Source of the DNA: a bacterium | GTDB taxonomy: Bacteria; Hinthialibacterota; Hinthialibacteria; Hinthialibacterales; Hinthialibacteraceae | Length of the DNA: 64,000 bases | Assembly: GCA_963662285.2 (NCBI GenBank) | Contig: CAXXMV010000008.1 | Location: 1,440,001 to 1,504,000, forward strand | Direction: 5' to 3' | Shown: positions 46,236-56,339 of the stretch, in pieces | Layout: the number at the start of each line of letters is the position of its first letter | How positions within the stretch are numbered: position 1 is the stretch's first letter | Made by a program: the position numbers and the translations under genes | Notes under the pieces: generated by a model | What the model was told of the DNA's origin: nothing | What the model saw: only the letters and a program-made list of their open reading frames with translations | Databases searched by the model: none

Positions 46236-46312
46236 ATAGATTAACAGAATATGCGTTGATGATCATACAATTTGTTTACAAAATTCCCCTCTCCTTATAT
46301 TAGGTGGCTTGA

Positions 46313-46351
46313 TCAAGGGCTGACCGCGATGCGGTCTTGCCCTTGCCACCC
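46313..46351. repeat. Solo REP-like arm related to the 11702-11899 element
   Basis: TCAAGGGC...GCCCTTGCCACCC ends shared; different internal hairpin (GACCGC GAT GCGGTC). Confidence 0.6.
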
Positions 46352-46397
46352 ACCTCACCCACCTGATGTCAGGTAGGTTTTGTTGTTTTCAAGTATC

Positions 46398-48371
46398 TCA
46401 TCTTATTTTCGTAATCTTCGCAACCCATCCACCGCCCGGCGCCAGTTTGATTGGCAAGGTTGTTTCAGGCGTGATGCGTTTCAGGCGCATTTGATAATCT
46501 ATAGCGCGTCTGTGTGCATTGGGCCCGTCTTGCATTATCTCCGCTTGATAGTCGCCTTCTTCTAAAAATGAGAAATCTATGTTCTTTTCCCTGGCATCCC
46601 AATCGGTGATTGCGGCGACGTACCAGGTTGCTCCATTACGGCGGGCTATGATGATGTAATCGGAAAACTTGGCGTCCAGGATTTTGGTTTCATCCCATTC
46701 GACGGGGATTTGGGTAAGAAACCTGGTGCATCGATCCTCTTTGTAATAATCCGACGGGCTATCGGGGATCATCTGCAACTGGCTCTCCATAACCACTGCT
46801 AAAGCGAAAGCGTTGGCGCGGGTTCCCTGCCCCATCGGCCTGTCTCCAACGGGTCGATGGTTCTGTTTCTGGGCATTGTTGAGAGTGCCGGGGATATAAT
46901 CTACCGGACCGCAGACCATGCGGATAAAGGGCAGCATGTTGAGGAATTCAGGACTGACATGCTTCGAACCGCCGTTGTATTCAAATTCCATGAAACCTTC
47001 GCGGGTTAAAACGTTGGGATAAGCGCGCCTCAATCCAGCCGGTTTATAGCAGCCGTGAAAATCGATAACCAGTTTGCGCTTAGCCGCTTCACGGGCCACC
47101 CGGTGAAAGAAATTGACCATCTTCTGATCGTCGCGGTCCATGAAGTCAACCTTGATGCCTTTGACGCCCCATGCTTCAAACTGATCCAGGGCCTTTTCCA
47201 GTTGATCATCCAATCCCTTCCAATAGACCCAGAGGACAATATCAACATCTTTCTCTTTGCTGTAAGCCATCACTTCATCTATATCAACATCCGGATTGAC
47301 TTTCAGGATATCCTGCCGGGTCGACCATCCCTCATCAAGCAGGAAATAACGGATGCCGTAATTGGCGCAGAAATCTATAAAGTACTTCATGGTTTCGGTA
47401 TTGACGCCCGCATCAAAATCTACATCAAAAATATTACGCCGCGCCCACCAATCCAGGATAATCCACCCCGGTTTAATCCATGAGACATCATCGATCTGCA
47501 AAGGTTTACCCAGCAGATAAACCAGCTGGTTGGTCAATAAATCCGCGTCCTGTTCAGCGATAGCCAGGATGCGCCACGGGAAGGTCCGGGCGCCATTGGT
47601 CTTGGCGATAAAATCTTCATAAGTTTTCACCCGACCGTTGCTGGTTTCTTGACGGGGATAACCGGGCAAGATACCTGATATACTGGCATCTCCATTGCCG
47701 CGCAGCCACAGACCTGGATAATCATCTAAATCAGATTCAGCAATTAATACATTGAGTCCTTTATCTGTACGAATTAAGGCGGGCAATCCGCCAAAATCGT
47801 CTGAAGACAATTCAGGAATCGCTTTATTAATATATGGTTTTTCGTAGTTGGATTGAAATGTAGTGTCTTTGGTTAAGTAGATTCGGTCTTTATCTGAAAA
47901 AGTAAAATGTACATCCTCACTCTCGACTACAATAGAATCGGGCAATTCGGTTTCCCAACGATATGCAATCCCCTCATCATAAGCGCGGAAGGTAAGCATA
48001 TATTTTTGCTCAAACACCAAACATAGTTGATTATAACAATCCTTGATCTTGTCAAATTTTTCTTTAACTACTGGAGTGATGACCTGATTCACAGATTCAC
48101 GTTTGACTGTTTTAATCCGGGGATTTTTTCCTAGAGTCTGGCCATTTTTAATTTGCATGGAAATCTGAGATGGGGAAATTACCGGCTGCGAATTCTTTTG
48201 AACTGAAAAAAGAACATTGTCATCAATTTGAATTTTTAATTGAATAGTTTTATCCGGGTTATTCAACAAATATTCTTCCGCTTGAATAACCATAGGCATA
48301 ATCAAGAATGTGATTACGAAAAAAATATTTAATCTATTGACTTTCGGTAAATAGCGCATCATAGTCTCCAA
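46398..48371 (-). CDS. GH97 glycoside hydrolase
   Basis: RTFPWR, SWIKPG, LDEGW, GIKVDF, DFHG, YPN..TREG, LAPGGG. Confidence 0.94.
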   Translation of the reverse strand: METMMRYLPKVNRLNIFFVITFLIMPMVIQAEEYLLNNPDKTIQLKIQIDDNVLFSVQKNSQPVISPSQISMQIKNGQTLGKNPRIKTVKRESVNQVITPVVKEKFDKIKDCYNQLCLVFEQKYMLTFRAYDEGIAYRWETELPDSIVVESEDVHFTFSDKDRIYLTKDTTFQSNYEKPYINKAIPELSSDDFGGLPALIRTDKGLNVLIAESDLDDYPGLWLRGNGDASISGILPGYPRQETSNGRVKTYEDFIAKTNGARTFPWRILAIAEQDADLLTNQLVYLLGKPLQIDDVSWIKPGWIILDWWARRNIFDVDFDAGVNTETMKYFIDFCANYGIRYFLLDEGWSTRQDILKVNPDVDIDEVMAYSKEKDVDIVLWVYWKGLDDQLEKALDQFEAWGVKGIKVDFMDRDDQKMVNFFHRVAREAAKRKLVIDFHGCYKPAGLRRAYPNVLTREGFMEFEYNGGSKHVSPEFLNMLPFIRMVCGPVDYIPGTLNNAQKQNHRPVGDRPMGQGTRANAFALAVVMESQLQMIPDSPSDYYKEDRCTRFLTQIPVEWDETKILDAKFSDYIIIARRNGATWYVAAITDWDAREKNIDFSFLEEGDYQAEIMQDGPNAHRRAIDYQMRLKRITPETTLPIKLAPGGGWVAKITKIR

Positions 48372-48564
48372 TTATTGATAACTCAGTAAATAAGAAAATG
48401 TTAACTCTTATAGATATTATAAAAAAACTCATAACAAATCGAGGCGTAGAATAGAAAAGCGCGTCAAATCAACCATTCCCGTTTCTTTCTGTTCACAGCA
48501 TTCTGCATGTTGTTTTCCATCGGTTATGATATATTCATTATTATTTATGGAGGTATAAAGTTTT

Positions 48565-50652
48565 ATGAGCCATTTTTCACAAGTATTTTTGTTTCTTCTG
48601 CTAATTGTATGCATTTTCTTATCTCCGGTTGTTATATGCGCCGCTGATAGTGACGTCATTATCAATGAAATTCACTACCACCCCGATGGTGATTTTGAAA
48701 AAGAAGAATTTATTGAATTATATAATCGAAGCGACAATTCTATTGATTTAACAGGATGGGCATTTTCGCGCGGGATTACCTACCTTTTCCCGGATGGAAC
48801 GCAAATAGCTGCTCATGGATATCTGGTCATCGCCCGAAATATGGTGGAAGCCAGTAAGTTTACCTCCAGATCAACGTTGCTGGGTGATTATGAAGGAACT
48901 CTTTCCAATAATGGTGAGAAACTAACCTTGTATAACGCTAATGGAGAAATTGCAGATTCTGTACAATACAAGGATTCTTCCCCCTGGGTCACAAGCCCCG
49001 ATGGCTCCGGCGCCAGTCTCGAAAGAATATCGCCTTTCGCAGCGTCAGATAATCCCTATAATTGGACGGGAAACAAATCCAGTTTATCCAGAAAAGTTAG
49101 CGCCGCAAAACAGAACAGCGTTTATTCAGAAAATCTACCGCCCGCTATCGAGCAGGTTACCTGGAATCCTAATTGCCCGGCGCCGAATAAACAAGTAACC
49201 GTTCAAGTACATATTACCGACCTGGATGGGATTGCCGATGTTACCCTGTCATACAAAGCAATCAGGCGCACTAACCAGAATGCATCAATCAGAAACCTGC
49301 CCATGCAGCTGGCTGCGGGAACCGCTAAAGATGGAACCTGGACAGTGAATATCCCCGGCCAAGTTGATAGAACTCTGGTTCGATTTACTATTCAAGCTGT
49401 GGATACTGAGGGAATAGAGCGCATTGATCCCGCTCCCACCGAAGCGCGATTAACCCATTCATATTTCCATTACGACAACAGCGAAACATCAACCATCCCC
49501 ATCGTTTTATTATATGACTTCGGCGCTGCTGATAATGAAAATGATTTTCGCAGCGACTCGGCTTTTATAATTCGTTACCCCGAAAAAGATGATTGGGAAG
49601 TTTACGACTTCATCAACATTACGCAACGCAACCGCTTGGGTGAAGGTTATGACGTTCGCTTCGTCAAACACTATGAACTAGAAGATATGAGCGGTTTCAA
49701 CCTTATCTTCGAACCAAAGCCCCGTTATTTACTGGCTGAATGGTTATCATATAAAATTTATGAATCCCTGGGAGTCATTATCGGCAAGACGGATCACTAC
49801 CGCTTCATTCGCAATGACGCCGATAAAGGCTATTTCCTGATGTTTGAGCAGGCCAACCGGCATTACATATCCCGCCACGGTCTCAACAATGACGGCAACC
49901 TTTATAAACTGCATTGGAGTTATGACCGCAACACAAGCGCATCTCATATCTCCGAACTGCATGAAAAACGCACCAATCTCAGTGAAGGCAAAGATGATAT
50001 TATCGAGACTGTGCAAACCATGCATGAACTCAGCGGGAACGCTAAAAGATTGTATATTGAATCTACCTGTGATGTTGATCAATTTATTAATTACTTCGTC
50101 GGCTGCCAGTTGATTTCTGATTGGGATGGATATTTCAACAATCATTTCGTCTATCATGATATCAATGAAACAGGGTTATGGTACATATTCCCCTGGGATA
50201 AAGATAAAACCTGGGGAGACTCAGACTACTACCATAATGTCCTGCCATATTATGACGTCTATGATATGCCCGTGCTGTTCGGAGTATATGGCACGCCAAA
50301 ATCAGGTAAAGGAAGCAATACATGGTGGCGTCCTCCCGGATATTTCAGCGGAGGGATATTAGACGACCCTGATATGCTCAACAGATATTTGCACCGCTTG
50401 GGATATGCGGCGAAACATCTATTTACCGAGGAAAAGTGGTTCCCCATCATCAATGCATTAGAAGAAAAACTGGAACCAGAAGTTCGGTACAGCGCTCAAA
50501 TTAAAGGTGAAAATGTCAATAACATGTTGAAACAGTTCCATGATGAAATTGAATCATTCCGCCTTCAGGTGACCAACCGTAGAGAATTTATACTCGAAGA
50601 AGTTGAACTACTAATCGGTCCGGTTTCTGTCAGCGACTGGCAACTTTACTAG
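48565..50652 (+). CDS. Secreted lamin-tail-domain / CotH kinase family protein
   Basis: VIINEIHYHP..EFIELYN, DGSGASLER, GNLYK, DWDGYFNNH, PWDKDKTWG. Confidence 0.85.
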   Translation: MSHFSQVFLFLLLIVCIFLSPVVICAADSDVIINEIHYHPDGDFEKEEFIELYNRSDNSIDLTGWAFSRGITYLFPDGTQIAAHGYLVIARNMVEASKFTSRSTLLGDYEGTLSNNGEKLTLYNANGEIADSVQYKDSSPWVTSPDGSGASLERISPFAASDNPYNWTGNKSSLSRKVSAAKQNSVYSENLPPAIEQVTWNPNCPAPNKQVTVQVHITDLDGIADVTLSYKAIRRTNQNASIRNLPMQLAAGTAKDGTWTVNIPGQVDRTLVRFTIQAVDTEGIERIDPAPTEARLTHSYFHYDNSETSTIPIVLLYDFGAADNENDFRSDSAFIIRYPEKDDWEVYDFINITQRNRLGEGYDVRFVKHYELEDMSGFNLIFEPKPRYLLAEWLSYKIYESLGVIIGKTDHYRFIRNDADKGYFLMFEQANRHYISRHGLNNDGNLYKLHWSYDRNTSASHISELHEKRTNLSEGKDDIIETVQTMHELSGNAKRLYIESTCDVDQFINYFVGCQLISDWDGYFNNHFVYHDINETGLWYIFPWDKDKTWGDSDYYHNVLPYYDVYDMPVLFGVYGTPKSGKGSNTWWRPPGYFSGGILDDPDMLNRYLHRLGYAAKHLFTEEKWFPIINALEEKLEPEVRYSAQIKGENVNNMLKQFHDEIESFRLQVTNRREFILEEVELLIGPVSVSDWQLY

Positions 50653-50657
50653 GGAAA

Positions 50658-50692
50658 TGGTGGGCTACGCTGGCGCTTTTAGCCCACCCTAC
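50658..50692 (-). repeat. GTAG-type REP
   Basis: Minus strand GTAGGGTGGGCTAAAAGCGCCAGCGTAGCCCACCA. Confidence 0.7.
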
Positions 50693-50718
50693 CAGTGCTG
50701 CTAATCCATATTTCATAA

Positions 50719-50755
50719 GACTGGCTCAACCACTATTTATGTGATTGAGCCAGTT
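50719..50755. terminator. Hairpin between convergent genes
   Basis: ACTGGCTCAA...TTGAGCCAGT. Confidence 0.5.
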
Positions 50756-50760
50756 CTTCA

Positions 50761-53214
50761 TTATTCATAAATAAAAGATGCGCTTACAATAGCATCATCA
50801 GATGATTGCATTCTCACCCAATAAGCATTGAATCCTTCGGGGAAAGTATAAACTTTTTTCTCTTCCGGTTTTACTTTGAGTTCTTTACAGCAAACCCAAT
50901 GCCCTTCGCCGGTGATATCGACCTCGACTTTAATTGATATAGTAGATTTTGATTTATGGCTCAGGATTAACTGTTTATGATCATATCCTGTCATAAGGAA
51001 TGGATCGGAAGGTTCACCGCTTTTCACGCTGGTGTTATACCAGGGGCCGCCTTCCCCACGCGGCTTGCCGAGTTTCCATAGATCATCAATTGTACCAAAC
51101 CACAGCGCGCATTTATCATCATCAGACTTTATGATATGAGGGTTGTCATCAGCATTATCGGCGATTCCTGCAATCACCAACATGCCGCGCCATGAGCAAA
51201 GATCCATGATTAGGTAGTCAGAAGAAGCGACAGGGCGAATCTTGGTAAAACCGCCAGAGTTCTGACGGGGAAATTCATAGATATTTCCCTGGCAATTAAA
51301 AAGGCTTCTTTCCGTGACAATCTCCCGAACTGAGCGGGGCCATCCGGCTTGAGTAGGTTTCTGTAAATCAGTATGTCCTTTGGGCAGTCTATAACGCCGA
51401 CCTGACGAATCGATAACCAACACGGAAGCGTCGTCCGTTGTAAAGACAGGTTGGCCTATAGCATTATTTTCTTTCAACCACTGGTGAGACTTGGGATTAT
51501 CACGATGTTGTAATTTCATATCCGGACCGATTTCATAATACCCGGTCTCTTCTGTCTTTCCGGGCGTAACCTGGCTGGCAGCGAAATGGAGAGTTCCCAA
51601 GTCTTCGCCTCTTGGCCTGATAATTCCTGTAGAGAAAGAATCATTCGATTTGGCCAACCCATCAAATATTGTATCGGATACGGTTGATCTGGTATCATTG
51701 TCGGCGAATTGATAAATCAGGGAAACCTTGCTGCATAGTTGATCGCTTTTTACTCTGATCCACTGCGCATCCAATGATTGATCGAATATATGATATGCAT
51801 AACCTGATGAAGGAACGGATACTTTTGGTAATGGCGTCCACTGATCGGTTCCTGTTTTATCTATTTCAAAAGTAAAATTTACTGTTTTACCGGCATTATG
51901 GCTGATATGAACATTGTGATGATCAAAACCATTGAAAAGAAATGGTTCGCTGTACTCATCGGCTTTAATAGCATCGTCAACCCACGGTCCTCCACGGCCT
52001 ATTACCGGACCAAAACTGGTAATCTCATTGGGATCAACAAACCATAGGTTAGAGTTTGATTGACCATTCATTGTACCTTTGTTATTAAAAATATCATTTG
52101 ACTGAAAAGCGGATAGAGCGGCGTCATCACATCCAAAAACAATTTTTCCATTCCACTCGCAGAAATCACCGACAATTTTCAGGTAACTCGATAAGGGACA
52201 TATACCGGCAAGGTTCTCTGCTGAAAACGTTTTGGGGAAACTCCAAAACATGCCATGCATGGTCATTAATAAATAGTCATCATTGATATCACGAATTCTT
52301 GGCCATTCAGTATGCCAACCATGAGCGCCATCATAGGTATGGCTGGCTTTTGGCAGGCGGAACTTTTTCCATTGACCATCATCCAACAGCATCAGAATAA
52401 CTGAACGGTGATCCCAACCTATCGACCAAATAGGATCATTCACATTATCATTGCCATATATTCCTCCTGGTCCGGTGACTTCGGTGAATTGATTGCGCAA
52501 TACTACATTCCAGTCTTTGCCATCCCATTGCGCCAGACAACCAGATGTAATATCAGGATAAATAAGCGCATCTGCTGAACGCTCGCCATTATTGGCGTAT
52601 ACCAGACGTCCTTGAGAAGAATACAAACCTTTACCGTGATATCCGGGTAGCAATGGTCCGGCTATATCCGCAGGTTTGGCGGCATTGCCATCAGGATTAA
52701 TGGTTTTGACTTCCAGCGAATGAACGTCGACTTCGTAAAAACCCTCTTCCATAGTGGCGAAATATATTTTATTGATGGGATCAAATAAATGCCGCGCATT
52801 GCCTGTGAGACGCCCCGGCATTATTTCAGGTTGAATGACGCGAACCTTGCCATCTTTATCAATGACGTATAATCCGATAAATAGTTGCCGGGATTCACGG
52901 TGAATCATCCGGTTGGCATGGGTGCCGCCTACGCTTTCCGTCCTGATGATTCTATTTAATTGATCATCAATTTCATACAGTTTATCGGATGAACCAAATG
53001 GCTTATGAGGACCATAAGTTATATACCACAGTTTTCCCGCCCAGGGAACAACAGCCCCGACGCCGCATTCGCCTTCCTGATTGTAAGCCGCGAGATGTGG
53101 ATATATCCCACTGAATTCAACATAATCTTCCGCAGTAGAAATTGTTGTATTAAAATGAACAACAATCGTTACTACAATTAATAATTTAAGCGCATGTAAA
53201 CAAAATAGTCTCAT
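50761..53214 (-). CDS. Secreted hypothetical protein (predicted beta-propeller plus two repeated beta-sandwich modules)
   Basis: 817 aa with signal peptide; internal repeat G.GGPW...S.PFL..G.DH...FEID.TG...W occurs twice. Confidence 0.75.
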   Translation of the reverse strand: MRLFCLHALKLLIVVTIVVHFNTTISTAEDYVEFSGIYPHLAAYNQEGECGVGAVVPWAGKLWYITYGPHKPFGSSDKLYEIDDQLNRIIRTESVGGTHANRMIHRESRQLFIGLYVIDKDGKVRVIQPEIMPGRLTGNARHLFDPINKIYFATMEEGFYEVDVHSLEVKTINPDGNAAKPADIAGPLLPGYHGKGLYSSQGRLVYANNGERSADALIYPDITSGCLAQWDGKDWNVVLRNQFTEVTGPGGIYGNDNVNDPIWSIGWDHRSVILMLLDDGQWKKFRLPKASHTYDGAHGWHTEWPRIRDINDDYLLMTMHGMFWSFPKTFSAENLAGICPLSSYLKIVGDFCEWNGKIVFGCDDAALSAFQSNDIFNNKGTMNGQSNSNLWFVDPNEITSFGPVIGRGGPWVDDAIKADEYSEPFLFNGFDHHNVHISHNAGKTVNFTFEIDKTGTDQWTPLPKVSVPSSGYAYHIFDQSLDAQWIRVKSDQLCSKVSLIYQFADNDTRSTVSDTIFDGLAKSNDSFSTGIIRPRGEDLGTLHFAASQVTPGKTEETGYYEIGPDMKLQHRDNPKSHQWLKENNAIGQPVFTTDDASVLVIDSSGRRYRLPKGHTDLQKPTQAGWPRSVREIVTERSLFNCQGNIYEFPRQNSGGFTKIRPVASSDYLIMDLCSWRGMLVIAGIADNADDNPHIIKSDDDKCALWFGTIDDLWKLGKPRGEGGPWYNTSVKSGEPSDPFLMTGYDHKQLILSHKSKSTISIKVEVDITGEGHWVCCKELKVKPEEKKVYTFPEGFNAYWVRMQSSDDAIVSASFIYE

Positions 53215-53468
53215 TATCTTTCCCTTTTTTTAACTTATTTGTTGTATTAATAAATTAAATTTTTTTATGGATTATTGCTAATAACCTACTTTATCATTAT
53301 AATCATAATAGACATGTAACTAATAAAATAAAAATAAATCATAGTTAAATTATTTATTAAAAATATCTATTACACGGTTAGAAAAAAATGTAATTTGCAG
53401 TAGACAATATTAGCTTATCACATATAATCTTAGATTAATAATTAATTTTTTGAAAGGATTTATATAAA

Positions 53469-53960
53469 ATGACTGCTAAACCCCTCGAGACAACAATTCT
53501 CCAAACATACTCTCTTGATGAACTCCTGGATTTGATAAAAAGCAAAACGAAAATGGAGGCGGAGCAGCAGTTACAAGAAGCGCGTTTACTTGTTAATAAA
53601 CTAATTAAAACCATGGGCGGCTCAAGTATATCTCTATCAACAATAGATTCAGCAAAACCTAAAGCTAAAGGACGTAAACGGGGACGCCCCAAAAATTCCG
53701 CACCTCAAATTTCAGACTCAGAAAACATTAAATCAAATAACGCTAAACCTGGGCGAAGAAAACTATCACTGGGTAAATATATACAAAAAGTCATTGGCGC
53801 CACTCCAATGTCAATCAAAGAGATCCAAGCGGCGCTGAAAGCCAAAGGATATAGAAGCAATTCAAAAGACCCCAAACGGATTCTATATTCAGAATTAAAA
53901 AATCAAGTAAATAATAATGTGATTCAAAAAGTTGATCGTGGAATGTATGTCAAGGTATAG
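53469..53960 (+). CDS. Basic DNA-binding protein (oligomerisation helix, AT-hook-like linker, winged helix)
   Basis: YSLDELLDLI N-terminus, KGRKRGRPK, PMSIKEI..AL..KGY...KVDRGMY. Confidence 0.7.
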   Translation: MTAKPLETTILQTYSLDELLDLIKSKTKMEAEQQLQEARLLVNKLIKTMGGSSISLSTIDSAKPKAKGRKRGRPKNSAPQISDSENIKSNNAKPGRRKLSLGKYIQKVIGATPMSIKEIQAALKAKGYRSNSKDPKRILYSELKNQVNNNVIQKVDRGMYVKV

Positions 53961-53989
53961 ACTCGACCTTTGCATATTCGATATTACTG

Positions 53990-54017
53990 AAGGGCGCAAG
54001 TGTTTATTTGCGCCCTT
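53990..54017 (+). terminator. Hairpin after the DNA-binding protein gene
   Basis: AAGGGCGCAA...TTGCGCCCTT. Confidence 0.5.
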
Positions 54018-54134
54018 GCTGATTTTAAACAGTTAATAAAAGTGGCGCCTCACAAGAAAAAAGTATTATAATACTAAAAGCAAGGCCGATAATAATAATG
54101 ATTTTTCACTCAGACTATTGATAAAGGCTAAATA

Positions 54135-54323
54135 ATGAAAGTAGTATGCCAGAAATGCAACCGGATACTTATAGACAATAAATGGATTGTTGATTTGCCT
54201 CCCATCGAAAAGGCTTCTTATACTATATGCCCTGATTGCCAGGGGAAGAAAAATGATGACAAAAAAACAACTCATGGTATGGTTTTTCAGGAATATAAGC
54301 ACCAGAAAGACAAATCCCGATAA
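54135..54323 (+). CDS. Small CxxC...CxxC zinc-ribbon protein
   Basis: MKVVCQKC...SYTICPDC; AAGG SD; followed by a terminator. Confidence 0.6.
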   Translation: MKVVCQKCNRILIDNKWIVDLPPIEKASYTICPDCQGKKNDDKKTTHGMVFQEYKHQKDKSR

Positions 54324-54360
54324 GAGAATTCTTTCATAATCCTATAAGATATCAATAAAA

Positions 54361-54394
54361 GAAACCGCCCGGATAGAATCATGTGGGCGGTTTC
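54361..54394. terminator. Bidirectional terminator-like hairpin
   Basis: GAAACCGCCC...GGGCGGTTTC between convergent genes. Confidence 0.6.
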
Positions 54395-54423
54395 ATAAAC
54401 ATCTACTATATAATATCTTTCGT

Positions 54424-56097
54424 CTATTTTGCTGCTTCAGGAGAAGGCGGCTTTGTTCCGGCGCCGCCTTTGGCGAAGAAAATAATAACTTCGATGATTA
54501 AGCCAACCGCCAACAGCATAATGACCGAACCAACAATAATCAGAGTCGTCTTGCCTGCACTGATAAAACTGGATAGATTCAAGATCAAAGCCCAAAAAGT
54601 GATGCCTAACATGATGACCATGGGGATGGCAGTTACCCATGAAGGCCGACGTTTAGCAACCAGATAAACGGTCGCCGTTAACAAAACCAGACCCGCCAAC
54701 AGTTGATTAGTGGTTCCAAATAGCACCCACAACGACATCCCCAGATTGGATACCACTAGTATCCAAATGGCGAAAATCGCCGCAAAAGATGAAATGAAGC
54801 GATTTTTCAGAAATCCCAAGTGGAAAGCATCTCCCATTTCTTCAACATTATAACGCAGGATACGCGTACCCGAATCGAGCGTGGTCAAAGCAAAAGAGAC
54901 GACTATTAAAGCGATGAATGTCGCCGCTAATTCCAAGGGAATGCCCAGCCAGGAGATAAAATTGGCGGCCCCTTGCACAAAGACGGAGAGTTTCGCGCCC
55001 AATCCTTTTGCGCTATCCCATGATGAATAATGCAGCAACCATGCATCCTGAGTTTTGAATCCCGCAGTACAGGCAATTGCCGCGATAATGCCCAGCGCTC
55101 CTTCAGCCAACATGGCGCCATAGCCTATGACCCGTGCATCGGACTCTTTGGCTATCTGCTTGGCTGTGGTTCCCGAAGCGACTACGCTATGGAACCCGGA
55201 GATGGCGCCGCAAGCAACAACCACGAACAACATAGGAATCATCTTCGGTAATGCAGCATTAGTATTTATTGCCGGCGCAACAATCTCCGGTTGAAATACG
55301 AACACGGCGATATACATCAATATCATTCCTATATAGAGAGCGAATGCGTTAATGAAATCTCTTGGTTGCAACAGCAGCCAAACCGGAAGAACGGATGCAG
55401 CGAAGGCATAAGCCAACAAACTATATAAAAGCGTCGTATAACTTATATGAATGGGCAAAAATGTTCCCACCCAAATGCACACAAATGTCAGAACGGTTCC
55501 GATAATACTGACAGGTAGAAGACCGATCAACTTTTTCCTCAACAAAACGCCGCAGATCATAGCAATGATCATCAACATCCCGGCTGGGAAAACGGCTCCT
55601 GGATAGGTCTGTAATTTCTCTGAACTGGCTTGTAATAATTGCGCAACCACAATTACGAAAACCGCCATAGCAAGCGCCACAGCAAAGAATATTATCAGCA
55701 AAAACAGAATCTTCGCCCGCCGACCAACCAGATTTTCGGCTACTACGCCAACCGATTTTCCCTTATTGCGAATCGACAACACCAAAGCAGACATATCATG
55801 CACGGCGCCCATCAGTATCGATCCAACCACCAACCAGATAACAGTCGGCGCCCAGCCCCAGATAACCGCCAGAGACGGCCCCAGGATAGGTGACAATCCC
55901 GCTATTGATGCAAAATGATGATTAAAAACAATCAATTTCGAAGTGGGCACATAATCCATGCCATCTTCATAGGTATTAGCGGGAGTTGGATTTGAATCAT
56001 CCAGTTGAAAAACTTTACGCGCCAGAAACCGCGAATAAAAGCGGTATCCAATGATCATTAGAATAAATGAGCCAATAATCGGAATCACGGAATTCAT
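54424..56097 (-). CDS. cstA: Carbon starvation protein A family transporter
   Basis: TPA...DG.DYVPT, HHFASIAG, PVWLLLQPRD, ACGAISGFH, WVLFGTTNQLLA. Confidence 0.93.
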   Translation of the reverse strand: MNSVIPIIGSFILMIIGYRFYSRFLARKVFQLDDSNPTPANTYEDGMDYVPTSKLIVFNHHFASIAGLSPILGPSLAVIWGWAPTVIWLVVGSILMGAVHDMSALVLSIRNKGKSVGVVAENLVGRRAKILFLLIIFFAVALAMAVFVIVVAQLLQASSEKLQTYPGAVFPAGMLMIIAMICGVLLRKKLIGLLPVSIIGTVLTFVCIWVGTFLPIHISYTTLLYSLLAYAFAASVLPVWLLLQPRDFINAFALYIGMILMYIAVFVFQPEIVAPAINTNAALPKMIPMLFVVVACGAISGFHSVVASGTTAKQIAKESDARVIGYGAMLAEGALGIIAAIACTAGFKTQDAWLLHYSSWDSAKGLGAKLSVFVQGAANFISWLGIPLELAATFIALIVVSFALTTLDSGTRILRYNVEEMGDAFHLGFLKNRFISSFAAIFAIWILVVSNLGMSLWVLFGTTNQLLAGLVLLTATVYLVAKRRPSWVTAIPMVIMLGITFWALILNLSSFISAGKTTLIIVGSVIMLLAVGLIIEVIIFFAKGGAGTKPPSPEAAK

Positions 56098-56211
56098 TTT
56101 AAAATGCTCCATTTCTATTTGATATGCAATAATAAGGTAAATCACCGATGAAATGCATTTCACCGACTGTACCATAGAGTGGTATACAAAAAAATATCAT
56201 ATTGCCGTAAA

Positions 56212-56241
56212 CCGCTCTGACCATCATAATGTCAGAACGGT
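56212..56241. promoter_or_regulatory. Inverted repeat in the divergent cstA/propeller promoter region
   Basis: CCGCTCTGAC-CATCATAAT-GTCAGAACGG. Confidence 0.3.
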
Positions 56242-56339
56242 ACAAAATCAAATTCAAAGAGGCCTTAGTTTCACAGAAATAGAATGTTAGGATTAAATTT
56301 ACTAAAATTTATCAATCTCTTTCTTGAGGCGTTACAGAA

